In this document: piece by piece, positions 30,913 through 41,077 of the stretch
Position numbering within the stretch: the stretch's first letter is position 1
How the letters are laid out: each line of letters starts with the position of its first letter
NCBI GenBank assembly: GCA_050294405.1
Contig: JBNKOC010000012.1
Coordinates: 463,425-527,424 of the forward strand
DNA from: Fibrobacteria bacterium
Lineage (GTDB): Bacteria > Fibrobacterota > Fibrobacteria > UBA11236 > JADFYW01
Direction: 5' to 3'
DNA length: 64,000 nucleotides
The notes under the pieces: model-generated
What the model was told of the DNA's origin: nothing
Seen by the model: the letters and a program-made list of their open reading frames with translations, nothing else
Databases searched by the model: none
Position numbers and translations under genes: made by a program

Positions 30913-32394
30913 TTGCGCTGTTTTATAAATATGGATCCAGTTTTTGATACCTACGAAATCGGTCAATCCTATGACGAGTATTTCGAAGAAGATAAAAAAA
31001 TTAAAAACCATTTATACCCCCTGGTAAATCGCCTTGCAAAGTTAGGGAAAACTGAAATCCTCCGACGCCAAACTGCAGCCGAATCCTTGTTGTTAAATCT
31101 TGGGGTAACCTTTAATGTTACTGGGGATAGCAGCGGACCTGAACGCATATTTCCTATGGATATTTTGCCCCGCCTGATTGAATTAAATAAGTGGAAAAAC
31201 ATTGAAAAAGGTTTGCGGCAAAGAACTTATGCCTTAAACGAATTTATTCAGGATATTTATAATAATCAAAACATACTAAAAGACAGGATTATCCCTCCCG
31301 AAGTTATCTATACATCTCCTGGATATAAAAACCAGTGCAGAGGTGTGACTCCTCCCGGCAAAACCTGGATTCATGTCGGGGGAATGGATATGGTTTCCGA
31401 TGAAAAAGGCAATGTTTATGTGCTTGAGGATAATTTGCGTTGCCCTTCCGGAGTATCTTATGTATTGGAAAACCGGCAGGTGATGAAAAGGACTCTCCCG
31501 CAGGTTTTTGAAGAAATGAATCCTCTTCCGGTAGAAGATTACCCCATACAACTATTAGAAACATTAAGGAGTACAGCTCCAAATACTTCTACAGATCCAT
31601 GCCTGGCTGTTTTAACTCCTGGAATTTACAACTCCGCCTACTTTGAGCATAGTTTTTTGGCGCAACAAATGGGAGTTGAGCTGGTAACCGGAGATGACCT
31701 GTTTGTTGAAAATAAATTTTTGTTTATGCGCACCACACGTGGGCCCAAGCGCATAGATGTATTGTACCGTCGCATAGACGATGATTTTTTAGATCCAAGA
31801 GTTTTTCGACCCGACTCAATGCTGGGAGTACCGGGGATAATGGAGTGTTTTACTTCAGGAAACCTCACTTTGGCAAACGCTCCGGGAACTGGGATTGCCG
31901 ATGACAAAGTGATTTATGCATACATACCTGAAATCATTAAATACTATTTGGGCGAAGATCAGATTTTACCGAATGTTCCCACTTATTTATGTCAAAACCC
32001 TTCGGATTACAAGTATGTATTGGAAAACATGGATAAACTGGTGATAAAATCAGCAAATGAATCTGGAGGATATGGAGTGCTTATTGGTCCCCATGCTTCT
32101 AAAGAAGAATTGGCGAAATGGAAGACCCGTGTTCAATCTGATCCAAGAAATTATCTGGCTCAGGTAAAACTGAATTTAAGTATGGCCCCGTGCATAATCG
32201 GGGAGAATTTTGAACCACGCCACATTGATTTGCGTCCCTTTATCTTATTTGGCAAAGAAATTTTTATTCTGCCTGGGGGGCTGACCCGTGTGGCCCTGCG
32301 AAAAGGCTCCTTAATTGTAAACTCTTCTCAAGGTGGTGGTAGTAAAGATACCTGGGTAGTGGAACATTTGCCCACGGAGGAAAACGATGCTTAG
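30913..32394 (+). CDS. circularly permuted ATP-grasp (type 2, DUF404/DUF407) amidoligase
   Basis: 493 aa. Clear paralogue of the N-terminal half of the 38498-41077 protein (VLEDNLRCPSGVSYVLENR vs VIKDRTQAPSGMGYALENR; LANAPGTGIADDKVIYAYIPEIIKYYLGE vs IVNPIGSRILENSGLNPFMPALCKYFLDE). Conserved neighbourhood with alpha-E, Anbu and transglutaminase genes. Confidence 0.7.
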   Translation: MRCFINMDPVFDTYEIGQSYDEYFEEDKKIKNHLYPLVNRLAKLGKTEILRRQTAAESLLLNLGVTFNVTGDSSGPERIFPMDILPRLIELNKWKNIEKGLRQRTYALNEFIQDIYNNQNILKDRIIPPEVIYTSPGYKNQCRGVTPPGKTWIHVGGMDMVSDEKGNVYVLEDNLRCPSGVSYVLENRQVMKRTLPQVFEEMNPLPVEDYPIQLLETLRSTAPNTSTDPCLAVLTPGIYNSAYFEHSFLAQQMGVELVTGDDLFVENKFLFMRTTRGPKRIDVLYRRIDDDFLDPRVFRPDSMLGVPGIMECFTSGNLTLANAPGTGIADDKVIYAYIPEIIKYYLGEDQILPNVPTYLCQNPSDYKYVLENMDKLVIKSANESGGYGVLIGPHASKEELAKWKTRVQSDPRNYLAQVKLNLSMAPCIIGENFEPRHIDLRPFILFGKEIFILPGGLTRVALRKGSLIVNSSQGGGSKDTWVVEHLPTEENDA

Positions 32395-33394
32395 CCGCGT
32401 GGCGGATTCAATTTATTGGATGAGCAGATACATCGAAAGGGCTGAGAATGTGGCCCGCTTTATTGGAGTTAATTTGTCATTAAACATGGATACGCCTCTG
32501 GTTGTTAAAGAACAATGGGAGCCCTTGTTGCATGCAACTGGAGATTTGGAGTCTTTTATTGAAAAATTTAAGGATTACGACTCTGAAGGCAGCAAGTTCC
32601 ATCCAAATGAACATAAAACAAATGTTTTAAATTTTTTAACCTTCGATTTTCAAAATTCCAATAGCATTTATTCCTGTATAGCCAAGGCTCGCGAAAATGC
32701 CCGTTTGATAAGGGGATACATAAGCACAGAAATGTGGGAGCATATTAATAAGCTTTACCATTTTATAAATAACAAGCAAACCGAAATGAAAGCGCAATCC
32801 GACCCCATTAATTTTTTTATTGAATTGAGGATGTCTATATATACCCTAATAGGAATGACGGATGCTACCTTTTGCCGGGACGATGGCTGGAATTTCCAAC
32901 AGCTTGGCACTTATTTGGAAAGAGCGGATAAAACGACGCGCATTTTAGATGTTAAATATTTTATTTTACTGCCCAAAGTAGGCCATGTTGGTAGTGTTAT
33001 CGAAGATATTTTGTGGGCAGCTCTTTTGCAATCCGTAAGCGGATTTCAAACATTTAAGCAAAAATATCATAAATTGACCCCCGATAGTGTTGTTGAATTT
33101 TTGTTATTGGATAGAGAATTTCCCCGTTCAGTCTTGTTCTGTTTAAAACAGGCCGAAAGCAGCTTGTTCAAAATTTCGGGTACAAGTCCGGGGTATTTTT
33201 CAAATTCTGCGGAGCAGAAATTGGCCAGGCTTAGAAATGAATTAGAATTTAGCAGCGTTGAAGAAATAATTATTCGAGGGCTGCATGAATACTTGGAAAG
33301 TCTCCAAAAACGCATATATGAAATCGGACAGGATATTTTTAGCTTTTTCTTCAAATATCCCCAAGAAGATTTTGCATATGGCGCAAGCCAATAA
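32387..33394 (+). CDS. alpha-E domain (DUF403) protein
   Basis: All-alpha 335-aa protein. N-terminal motif SRVADSIYWMSRYIERAENVARF is paralogous to FWAGRYIGRTLSLARF in the C-terminal half of the 38498-41077 fusion protein. Overlaps the upstream ATP-grasp gene by 8 nt. Confidence 0.65.
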   Translation: MLSRVADSIYWMSRYIERAENVARFIGVNLSLNMDTPLVVKEQWEPLLHATGDLESFIEKFKDYDSEGSKFHPNEHKTNVLNFLTFDFQNSNSIYSCIAKARENARLIRGYISTEMWEHINKLYHFINNKQTEMKAQSDPINFFIELRMSIYTLIGMTDATFCRDDGWNFQQLGTYLERADKTTRILDVKYFILLPKVGHVGSVIEDILWAALLQSVSGFQTFKQKYHKLTPDSVVEFLLLDREFPRSVLFCLKQAESSLFKISGTSPGYFSNSAEQKLARLRNELEFSSVEEIIIRGLHEYLESLQKRIYEIGQDIFSFFFKYPQEDFAYGASQ

Positions 33395-33410
33395 TTTTTA
33401 GTAAATTTAC

Positions 33411-34193
33411 TTGGGTTTATTTTCAAATTTAAGATTTGGAGGCATTATTACTTTTTGTTTGGGAATTAAAGTAAAAGATGGTTTAGTTGCTTTATCTGAT
33501 ACAAGAATTACATCAGGGGCTGAATGTATTACAGCCCGGAAACTTACCATTTTTCAAGGAAAAAATTATTTCTTTTTTGTAATGACTTCGGGTTTACGCT
33601 CTTTAAGAGATAAATCATTAATTTATTTTGACGAGTATTTTAGTAAACATAAAAATAGCCATGATCAACTTTACAAAGTTGTGAATACGATGGCTTCTCA
33701 AATACGAAGAGTTTATAAAGAAGATGCAGAAGCTCTAAAGGAAGCAGGGCTGCAATTTAATATTCATATGATTATCGGCGGTCAGATGTCCAAAGATGCG
33801 GACCATCAATTGTTTTTTATCTACCCCCAGGGAAATTGGGTCGCCGTTGGAGTTGGGACTCCTTATCAAATAATTGGAGCAACTCCATATGGTAAGCCGG
33901 TATTAGACAGAACCCTAAAATATGAGGACAGCATTCCCTTTGCTTTAAAAGTGGGTTGCTTGGCATTTGATTCCACCCGAATTTCTGCTGCAGATGTTGA
34001 TTTTCCTTTAGATGTTGTTCTTTATGCGAAAAACTCCTACGAATGTGTGGAACATAGATACGAGAAGGACGATTTGAAAGAGGTATCAGAATGGTGGCAG
34101 GGGAAACTCAGAGAATCTGTAGATTCCTTTCCAGGAAGTTGGTTCAACGATATTTACAGGGAACTGCCAAAGCCTAAACGCATGAAAAAATAA
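33411..34193 (+). CDS. Anbu-type proteasome-like (Ntn-hydrolase, beta-subunit homologue) peptidase
   Basis: Motif T-FCLGIKVKDGLVALSDTRITSG matches the Thr1...D17...R/K pattern of proteasome beta/HslV/Anbu N-termini. ~260 aa. Sits in the Anbu-characteristic neighbourhood (CP-ATP-grasp, alpha-E, transglutaminase). The ORF starts at a TTG, with a 13-aa leader before the putative catalytic Thr. Confidence 0.6.
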   Translation: MGLFSNLRFGGIITFCLGIKVKDGLVALSDTRITSGAECITARKLTIFQGKNYFFFVMTSGLRSLRDKSLIYFDEYFSKHKNSHDQLYKVVNTMASQIRRVYKEDAEALKEAGLQFNIHMIIGGQMSKDADHQLFFIYPQGNWVAVGVGTPYQIIGATPYGKPVLDRTLKYEDSIPFALKVGCLAFDSTRISAADVDFPLDVVLYAKNSYECVEHRYEKDDLKEVSEWWQGKLRESVDSFPGSWFNDIYRELPKPKRMKK

Positions 34194-34205
34194 GGATTAT
34201 GTAAC

Positions 34206-35018
34206 ATGAAATATAAAATCAATCATGTTACAGAATATTATTATAATAATTTGGTCGTTTTAGGCCCCCATGTAATCCGTCTTATTCCCAAATCCACGGC
34301 AATACAGCATTTAATAAATTGCGAAATAGAAGTTTTTCCAGAGCCTGCGGGGAAATCAGAAATTGTGGACTTTTTCGGGAACAGATGTTTGTCTGTTTGG
34401 TTTACCGGAAAAACTGAAAAATTAACCATTAGCGCAATATCCGAAGTTGAGGCGATAGCTTTTAACCCTTTTCAATTTCTTTTAGATTCCAATTGGCTGA
34501 ACCTTCCCTTGGGAAAACCTGTGATAAGATCAAATAATACCGGAATACTCCGGGAAATGGAAAAAGATTTTGGGGTGGAGTTTACCGGAAATACGGTTCA
34601 TGTATTGCAGTTATTATGCAACATCATTTACCAAAAAATATCTCAAATTAAAAGGTTGGAAGGCGTTCCACATGATCCAATGGTTACTTGGCATAAAAAG
34701 GAAGGGGCTTGCAGAGACTTAGCTGTATTATTCATGGAATGTTGCTCATGTCTGGGTATACCTTCCAGATTTGTCAGTGGATATTTACATCATCGAAGCG
34801 AAGAGGAACAGCACATGCATGCCTGGGTTGAAATATACCTGGAGGGAGCGGGCTGGAGGGCGATGGACCCCACAAACGGCTTATTTGTTGAAAATGAACA
34901 TATTTCAGTGGCATCAGCTCCCGAATCTGAATTAGCGAGCCCAATTACCGGCAGTTATGGCGGAAAAGCTAATTTGGAGAAGATGGATATTTCTATTGAA
35001 ATGATAAAGACACGCTGA
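34206..35018 (+). CDS. transglutaminase-like cysteine-protease-fold protein (Bact_transglu_N + transglutaminase core)
   Basis: Catalytic Cys GACRDLAVLFMECCSCLGIPSRFVSGYL. His in HAWVEIYLEGAGWRAMDPTNG, followed by the Asp. 270 aa. Confidence 0.75.
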   Translation: MKYKINHVTEYYYNNLVVLGPHVIRLIPKSTAIQHLINCEIEVFPEPAGKSEIVDFFGNRCLSVWFTGKTEKLTISAISEVEAIAFNPFQFLLDSNWLNLPLGKPVIRSNNTGILREMEKDFGVEFTGNTVHVLQLLCNIIYQKISQIKRLEGVPHDPMVTWHKKEGACRDLAVLFMECCSCLGIPSRFVSGYLHHRSEEEQHMHAWVEIYLEGAGWRAMDPTNGLFVENEHISVASAPESELASPITGSYGGKANLEKMDISIEMIKTR

Positions 35019-35156
35019 TAATTCGATGTATAGGCTTTTGAGCCTGACAATACTGCTGTAGGGATGTATCTTTATAATACCTGTTAAGGGTTTCCCCAGG
35101 CTCAACGGAATGCTTCCAGTTAAGAAAAAGCGGGAACTTTCAAAGGAGAATATGTT

Positions 35157-38100
35157 ATGACGCTAAAGGTTGTTATATCCCATAAAACATTTTATCAGTT
35201 TGACAGATTGGTGACCATTTCTCCCCATGTATTCAGGCTCAGGCCCGCACCACATTCCCGCACGCCGATATATGCCTATTCAATGAAGATTAAACCTGAA
35301 AAACAATTTTTTAATTGGCAACAAGATCCATTTGGAAATTACCAGGCCAGATTGGTTTTCCCTGAAAAATCCAGGGAGATGAGTATTGAGGTAGAAATCA
35401 TCGCCGATTTAACAGCTATAAATCCCTTTGATTTCTTTGTTGAAGAATCTGCCAAGTACTTCCCTTTTAAATATGACAGATTAACAAAAAGAGAATTAAA
35501 CCCCTATTTGAAAACTTCCCGAAAAGGCAAACTTTTTTCTGAATGGCTAAATAGCATTGATAGGTCTAAGAAAATAACTATAGATTTTTTAATTGATATT
35601 AATCAAAAAATTAATAACATGTTAAAGTACAATATTCGCATGCAGCCTGGAGTGCAAAGCTGTGAAGTTACGCTGAGAAAAAAATCTGGATCTTGTAGAG
35701 ATTTTGCCTGGCTGCTTGTGCAAACACTGCGGCATTTGGGGTTTGGTGCCAGGTTTGTTTCCGGTTATTTAGTGCAGCTTAAAGCCGATGTTAAATCCTT
35801 AGATGGTCCATCCGGTCCGGAAGAAGATTTTACAGATTTACATGCTTGGGCAGAAGTTTATGTTCCGGGTGCTGGTTGGATAGGTTTAGATTCCACATCC
35901 GGACTACTTGCAGGAGAGGGGCATATTCCACTTGCATGCACTCCATCTTTTGAAGGAGCAGCTCCGGTTACCGGGACAACTGATATTTGTAAAACAGTGT
36001 TTTCATATGAAAACACTGTTAAAAGAATCTTTGAATCGCCAAGAGTTACAAAACCTTACACAGATAATCAGTGGTTGAAAATCAACCAGTTAGGGGAAAA
36101 AGTCGAAAATGAACTCCAAAAAAATGATGTTAGATTAACCATGGGGGGAGAACCTACTTTTGTTTCTATTGATGATATGGAGTCCGCTCAATGGAATACG
36201 GAAGCTGATGGAGAAGAAAAAAGAAAACGGGCAATTGATTTATCGAAAAAATTATTGAAACGTTTTGGAAAAGGAGGGGTACTGCACCACCCGCAAGGCA
36301 AATGGTATCCAGGTGAAATATTACCGCGCTGGGAAATTGCCTTGTATTGGAGAAAAGACGGAAATCCAATTTGGAAAAATCCAAATTTATTAGGTACACC
36401 AAATTCAAATAATCAAAATATAAACATAAGCCTGGCAAAAAACTTTTTGCAAAAGTTATGCGATAAGCTATCTGTGGATCAAAAATATTTGATTCCCGGT
36501 TACGAAGATGCCTTTTATTTTTATTGGGAAAAAGAGAAATTACCTACAGATTTAGAACCAGAAAATATTGATTTAAAATCACCGCCAGTAATGCAAAAAC
36601 TGACAGAACTACTAAACAAGGGCTTAAGCGAACCTGCCGGATTTGCGCTTCCATTACATTATGGGAAACAGGGCTGGGATTCTAGCGATTGGAAATTAAA
36701 AAGAAAACGCTTGGTTTTAATTCCAGGAAATTCCCCTATGGGTCTTAGGCTTCCCCTTGAATCTTTAATGTTAAAACCTGAGCGGGAGCCGGGTCCGGTT
36801 ATGCCTAAAGATAATTTCTCTTCATTAGGGAAGTTGCCGGAATCATCTCAGATAATAGAGCGAAGAAATAAAACTGAAAAATTTTCCACTTTTGATGCAT
36901 CATCGGGAAATTTAATTCGAACAGCTCTTTGCATAGAACCTAGGGCAGGTTCTCTTTACGTTTTTTTGCCCCCTCTGGAAAGTTCAGAGGCTTTTTTGGA
37001 TTTGGTTTGTTGTATTGAAGCCGTTTCCGCTCAGTTGAATGTGCAAATAATATTGGAAGGTTACTCCCCTCCCGAGGACCACCGAATTCAAAAGTTAAAG
37101 GTAACTCCAGATCCTGGGGTTATTGAAGTAAATATACATCCTTCGCAGAGCTGGAGTGAATTGTGTGAAAACACCTTTGCTTTATATAAAGAAGCTGAAT
37201 TATCACGGCTGGGAACTCAAAAGTTTATGCTGGATGGAAAGCATACTGGGACTGGTGGGGGCAATCATGTGACCTTAGGCGGGGCCACTCCTTCTGATAG
37301 TCCTTTATTACGAAGGCCCGATTTACTTCGAAGTTTAATAACATATTGGCAACATCACCCCGGACTGTCTTATTTATTTTCCGGCGCCTTTATTGGGCCA
37401 ACTAGTCAGGCTCCAAGAGTGGACGAGGGAAGAGCTGAGAACTTGTATGAGTTGGAAATTGCCTTTAGCCAAATTCCATCTTCAAAAGAGGTGCCCTTTT
37501 GGCTCACGGATAGATTGTTTCGCCACTTACTAACGGACATTACTGGAAATACCCATAGGTCGGAATTTTGTATTGATAAATTATACAGTCCTGACTCCAG
37601 CTCAGGAAGGTTGGGAATATTGGAACTAAGAGCCTTTGATATGCCCCCCCATGCCAGAATGAGCCTTACCCAAATGCTTTTGGTAAGAACCCTTGTTGTT
37701 TGGTTTTGGCAAAAGCCTTATAAGCATAAGCTCATTCGATGGGGAACGGAATTACACGACAGGTATTTGATGGAGCACTATGTCAGAGAAGATATGAACG
37801 ACATTGTGGAACAGCTGAATAGGGAAGGCTATCCTTTGGAATTGGACTGGTTTAACCCGTTTTTTGAATTTAGGTTCCCCCTATACGGCATTGTACATAT
37901 AAATAGGGTAGAATTGGAGTTAAGGGCTGCAATTGAACCTTGGAATGTGCTGGGCGAAGAAATGACAGGCAGAGGAACCTCAAGATATGTAGATTCATCT
38001 GTGGAAAGGTTGCAGGTAAAATTGAATAATTTCATAGAGGATAGGTATATACTAACTTGTAATGGAGTTCGGATTCCGCTTAGCTCTACAGGAAAGGCTG

Positions 38101-38501
38101 GAGAATACGTGGCCAGCATCCGATATAAAGCCTGGCAGCCATGGTCCGCCCTGCATCCAACCATTGGAGTAGATACCCCCTTGATATTTGATATTTTGGA
38201 TAGCTGGAATAGCCGATCATTGGGAGGCTGCACTTACCATGTTTCTCATCCAGGGGGAAGGAGTTATGAAACATTTCCTGTAAATAGTTTTGAGGCTGAG
38301 TCCAGGAGAATAAGCCGGTTTTGGGATATTGGCCATTCCCAGGGTGAAATAACTCCCCTTCAACATTCCAGTAATGTTGTTAGTCTGGGAAGGGGTGTTA
38401 GCATCAAGAGCCCATCGGCAGGATTTATATATCAGGAGCCTCCAATTAACCTTGAGTTTCCACATACGCTTGATTTAAGGAAAAGCCATAAAGTAAGATG
38501 A
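35157..38501 (+). CDS. large transglutaminase-family protein (N-terminal transglutaminase-like domain + ~800-aa DUF2126-like C-terminal region)
   Basis: 1114 aa. N-terminal ~270 aa paralogous to the two small TGase-like proteins (GSCRDFAWLLVQTLRHLGFGARFVSGYL; HAWAEVYVPGAGWIGLDSTSG). The long C-terminal extension has no other recognisable motif. Architecture recalled as that of mycobacterial Rv2566-type proteins. Confidence 0.7.
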   Translation: MTLKVVISHKTFYQFDRLVTISPHVFRLRPAPHSRTPIYAYSMKIKPEKQFFNWQQDPFGNYQARLVFPEKSREMSIEVEIIADLTAINPFDFFVEESAKYFPFKYDRLTKRELNPYLKTSRKGKLFSEWLNSIDRSKKITIDFLIDINQKINNMLKYNIRMQPGVQSCEVTLRKKSGSCRDFAWLLVQTLRHLGFGARFVSGYLVQLKADVKSLDGPSGPEEDFTDLHAWAEVYVPGAGWIGLDSTSGLLAGEGHIPLACTPSFEGAAPVTGTTDICKTVFSYENTVKRIFESPRVTKPYTDNQWLKINQLGEKVENELQKNDVRLTMGGEPTFVSIDDMESAQWNTEADGEEKRKRAIDLSKKLLKRFGKGGVLHHPQGKWYPGEILPRWEIALYWRKDGNPIWKNPNLLGTPNSNNQNINISLAKNFLQKLCDKLSVDQKYLIPGYEDAFYFYWEKEKLPTDLEPENIDLKSPPVMQKLTELLNKGLSEPAGFALPLHYGKQGWDSSDWKLKRKRLVLIPGNSPMGLRLPLESLMLKPEREPGPVMPKDNFSSLGKLPESSQIIERRNKTEKFSTFDASSGNLIRTALCIEPRAGSLYVFLPPLESSEAFLDLVCCIEAVSAQLNVQIILEGYSPPEDHRIQKLKVTPDPGVIEVNIHPSQSWSELCENTFALYKEAELSRLGTQKFMLDGKHTGTGGGNHVTLGGATPSDSPLLRRPDLLRSLITYWQHHPGLSYLFSGAFIGPTSQAPRVDEGRAENLYELEIAFSQIPSSKEVPFWLTDRLFRHLLTDITGNTHRSEFCIDKLYSPDSSSGRLGILELRAFDMPPHARMSLTQMLLVRTLVVWFWQKPYKHKLIRWGTELHDRYLMEHYVREDMNDIVEQLNREGYPLELDWFNPFFEFRFPLYGIVHINRVELELRAAIEPWNVLGEEMTGRGTSRYVDSSVERLQVKLNNFIEDRYILTCNGVRIPLSSTGKAGEYVASIRYKAWQPWSALHPTIGVDTPLIFDILDSWNSRSLGGCTYHVSHPGGRSYETFPVNSFEAESRRISRFWDIGHSQGEITPLQHSSNVVSLGRGVSIKSPSAGFIYQEPPINLEFPHTLDLRKSHKVR

Positions 38502-41077
38502 GCACCACCCCTTTAAATTCCAAGTCTATGTTTTCTGATTATTTCAAGGAAAATGGTTATGATGAATTGGGAAGTTCCATTGGGAATATAAAAGCCGTAT
38601 GGAAACCACTAATAAAAAATTTACAAAATTTAGGGCTGGATGGACTGGCTGAAAAACAAAATCACCTAAGCTGGCAACTTTCAGAAAATGGAATAACCTA
38701 TAATGTATATGGCGATCCAAAGGGAATGAACAGGCCGTGGAATTTAGATGTGACCCCTCAACTAATCCATGAATCTGAATGGAAATTACTTGAAAAAGGA
38801 TTAAAACAAAGAAGTGAACTGCTAAATCTTATTTTTAAGGATATATACGGAAAAAGAAACTTGTTGAAGTCGGGGATAGTTCCCCCTGAGGTTATTTATA
38901 GTCATGGAGGTTTTTTACGGGTTTGTGATCAGGTTTCTTACTCTTGTGAAAAACCTCTTTATGTGCATGGCTGTGATATGGCCAGGGGACCGGATGGAAA
39001 TATGTGGGTAATAAAAGACAGGACCCAGGCGCCATCTGGAATGGGGTACGCGTTGGAAAATAGGCTAAGTCTGGATAGGGTAGTACCTGAGCTGAGTTTA
39101 AATATGTATGTCAGGCAAATTGCAAATTTTTATGATAATTTTAAAAATCTGCTATTGGAATCTCATTCTCAAAATAACGAGAATCCCAATATCGTTGTTA
39201 TGACGCCCGGTCCGCACAATGAAACCTACTTTGAACACTCTTATTTAGCTGAATATTTTGGTTTTTCTCTGGTTCAGGGAAGAGATTTAATTGTGCGGGA
39301 TGGCTATTTGTGGATGAAAAATTTGAATGGCCTTAAAAAAGTCGATGTCGTTTTAAGAAGGGTTGATGACATATATGCAGATCCCCTTGAATTAAAAGAG
39401 GACTCACAACTCGGAGTTGCAGGATTACTGGATGTTATACGTAAAAATAATGTGACTATAGTTAATCCCATAGGAAGTCGGATCCTTGAAAACAGTGGGC
39501 TAAATCCGTTTATGCCGGCATTATGCAAGTACTTTTTAGATGAAGAGCTAATAATTCCCCAAATCGCAACCTGGTGGTGCGGGCAGGAGCTGGAAAAAAA
39601 TTATGTAATGGAAAATCTTTCCCAATTGATTGTAAAAAGAATAGATCACGGGTCGGGCCATCCAATATACTACGGTTTTGACTTAACGAAATCTGAACTA
39701 ATCCAGTTGAGAAATCAAATTCTTGCAAAGCCATATCTTTTTGTGGCCCAGGAAAAGGTAAGTTTCTCCACCTCACCTACATTTACCGGGAATGGATTTG
39801 AGCCGCGTTATAGCAGTTGGCGCACTTTTTCAATTGGAACAAAAGATGGCTACAAAGTCATGCCTGGCGGTTTGGTGAGGGTTTCGCCCCAACATGGAAA
39901 TATATTAGTGTCTAATCAAAAAGGTGGCACTAGCAAGGATATTTGGATTATTGCAGACTCCCCTGAACCTAAATCCAAGATTTTTAAAAAGCCCATAAGT
40001 TCCTCTATGGCGTTGCCTGGCTTGAATGAACTTCCAAGTTTAACTGCTGAAAATTTGTTCTGGGCAGGCAGATACATTGGAAGAACATTGAGTTTGGCGC
40101 GATTCACCAGAATGGTTGTTAAAAAGTTATTGTACAATCCCTATGAAGGGGGTAACAAATTTAAACCGCAAATTAATCATTTGTTCCAAACCTTAACAGA
40201 TTTAACATGGTCCCATCCAGGTTTTTATAAGCCTGAAAATTTAAATACAAAAGCCGCAGCCTATGAAGAATTAAATTCAATTTTATTTGATGTTAATAGG
40301 AACGGAAGCCTTTCGCAGACTATTTCCATGTTTACAAATACCTACTATTCAATTCGATATTTATGGTCTTCGGATATGTGGAGGCTGTTTGATCGAATTG
40401 AAATAATATGGTCTGATATTCAAAACAATGCTTTTAGGGATTTGCAGGATATGTCTCAAGCGTTGGATCAGCTAATTACAAGAATTATTGCATTTATGGG
40501 TCTGGTTGAAAAAAGCATTTTGATTAATCAGGGTTTATTGCTTTATTTTATAGGGATGCAATTGGAACAAGCCATGCAAAATGTAACTAAGTCCTATTGT
40601 ATACTAACCCCTTCTTTTGAAGACGCAGTGGAATATGAGCTCCTTGAGTCCCTATTAATAAGCCATGAAAGTCTTAACATATATAGATATAGTTACAGGA
40701 CCTATATCAACCCCCTAAATGTGATTGATTTAATTTTACTTCATAAAGACTATCCTAATTCTTTAATGTTTCAATTATCCAGAATGCAAAAAGATTTGAA
40801 AAAGATGCCTAAAGAAGGAGGAGAATCTAATTTAATGCCCCACGAGCACGGAATTTTTGAAGCATACTCCCTTTTAAGGCTGGCAAACCCCCAGAATTTG
40901 GCTGAGCAAACATTGTTGAACGGAAATCGGGCTATGTTAGGTGATTTGTTGTTGAAAATTAAACAAAACTTAATGGATACCAATCTGGAATTTAGCAATC
41001 GATATTTTAGCCATAGCTATTCTCAAAATCAACTTCTCCAACGCAACCCTAGCCAAAGCCTTGATTTACTCAGTTGA
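38498..41077 (+). CDS. fusion protein: circularly permuted ATP-grasp (N-terminal ~480 aa) + alpha-E domain (C-terminal ~330 aa)
   Basis: 859 aa uninterrupted ORF. N-half paralogous to 30913-32394 and C-half paralogous to 32387-33394 (motifs above). ATGA overlap with the upstream gene. Confidence 0.7.
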   Translation: MSTTPLNSKSMFSDYFKENGYDELGSSIGNIKAVWKPLIKNLQNLGLDGLAEKQNHLSWQLSENGITYNVYGDPKGMNRPWNLDVTPQLIHESEWKLLEKGLKQRSELLNLIFKDIYGKRNLLKSGIVPPEVIYSHGGFLRVCDQVSYSCEKPLYVHGCDMARGPDGNMWVIKDRTQAPSGMGYALENRLSLDRVVPELSLNMYVRQIANFYDNFKNLLLESHSQNNENPNIVVMTPGPHNETYFEHSYLAEYFGFSLVQGRDLIVRDGYLWMKNLNGLKKVDVVLRRVDDIYADPLELKEDSQLGVAGLLDVIRKNNVTIVNPIGSRILENSGLNPFMPALCKYFLDEELIIPQIATWWCGQELEKNYVMENLSQLIVKRIDHGSGHPIYYGFDLTKSELIQLRNQILAKPYLFVAQEKVSFSTSPTFTGNGFEPRYSSWRTFSIGTKDGYKVMPGGLVRVSPQHGNILVSNQKGGTSKDIWIIADSPEPKSKIFKKPISSSMALPGLNELPSLTAENLFWAGRYIGRTLSLARFTRMVVKKLLYNPYEGGNKFKPQINHLFQTLTDLTWSHPGFYKPENLNTKAAAYEELNSILFDVNRNGSLSQTISMFTNTYYSIRYLWSSDMWRLFDRIEIIWSDIQNNAFRDLQDMSQALDQLITRIIAFMGLVEKSILINQGLLLYFIGMQLEQAMQNVTKSYCILTPSFEDAVEYELLESLLISHESLNIYRYSYRTYINPLNVIDLILLHKDYPNSLMFQLSRMQKDLKKMPKEGGESNLMPHEHGIFEAYSLLRLANPQNLAEQTLLNGNRAMLGDLLLKIKQNLMDTNLEFSNRYFSHSYSQNQLLQRNPSQSLDLLS

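Noticed and set aside
35019-35156. Weak 4-bp hairpin GGCT-tttga-AGCC in the spacer between the two halves of the supercluster, as a possible terminator
   Set aside because: The stem is too short and no U-tract follows it. The spacer is better interpreted as an internal promoter/RBS region (AAGGAG 8 nt before the ATG).
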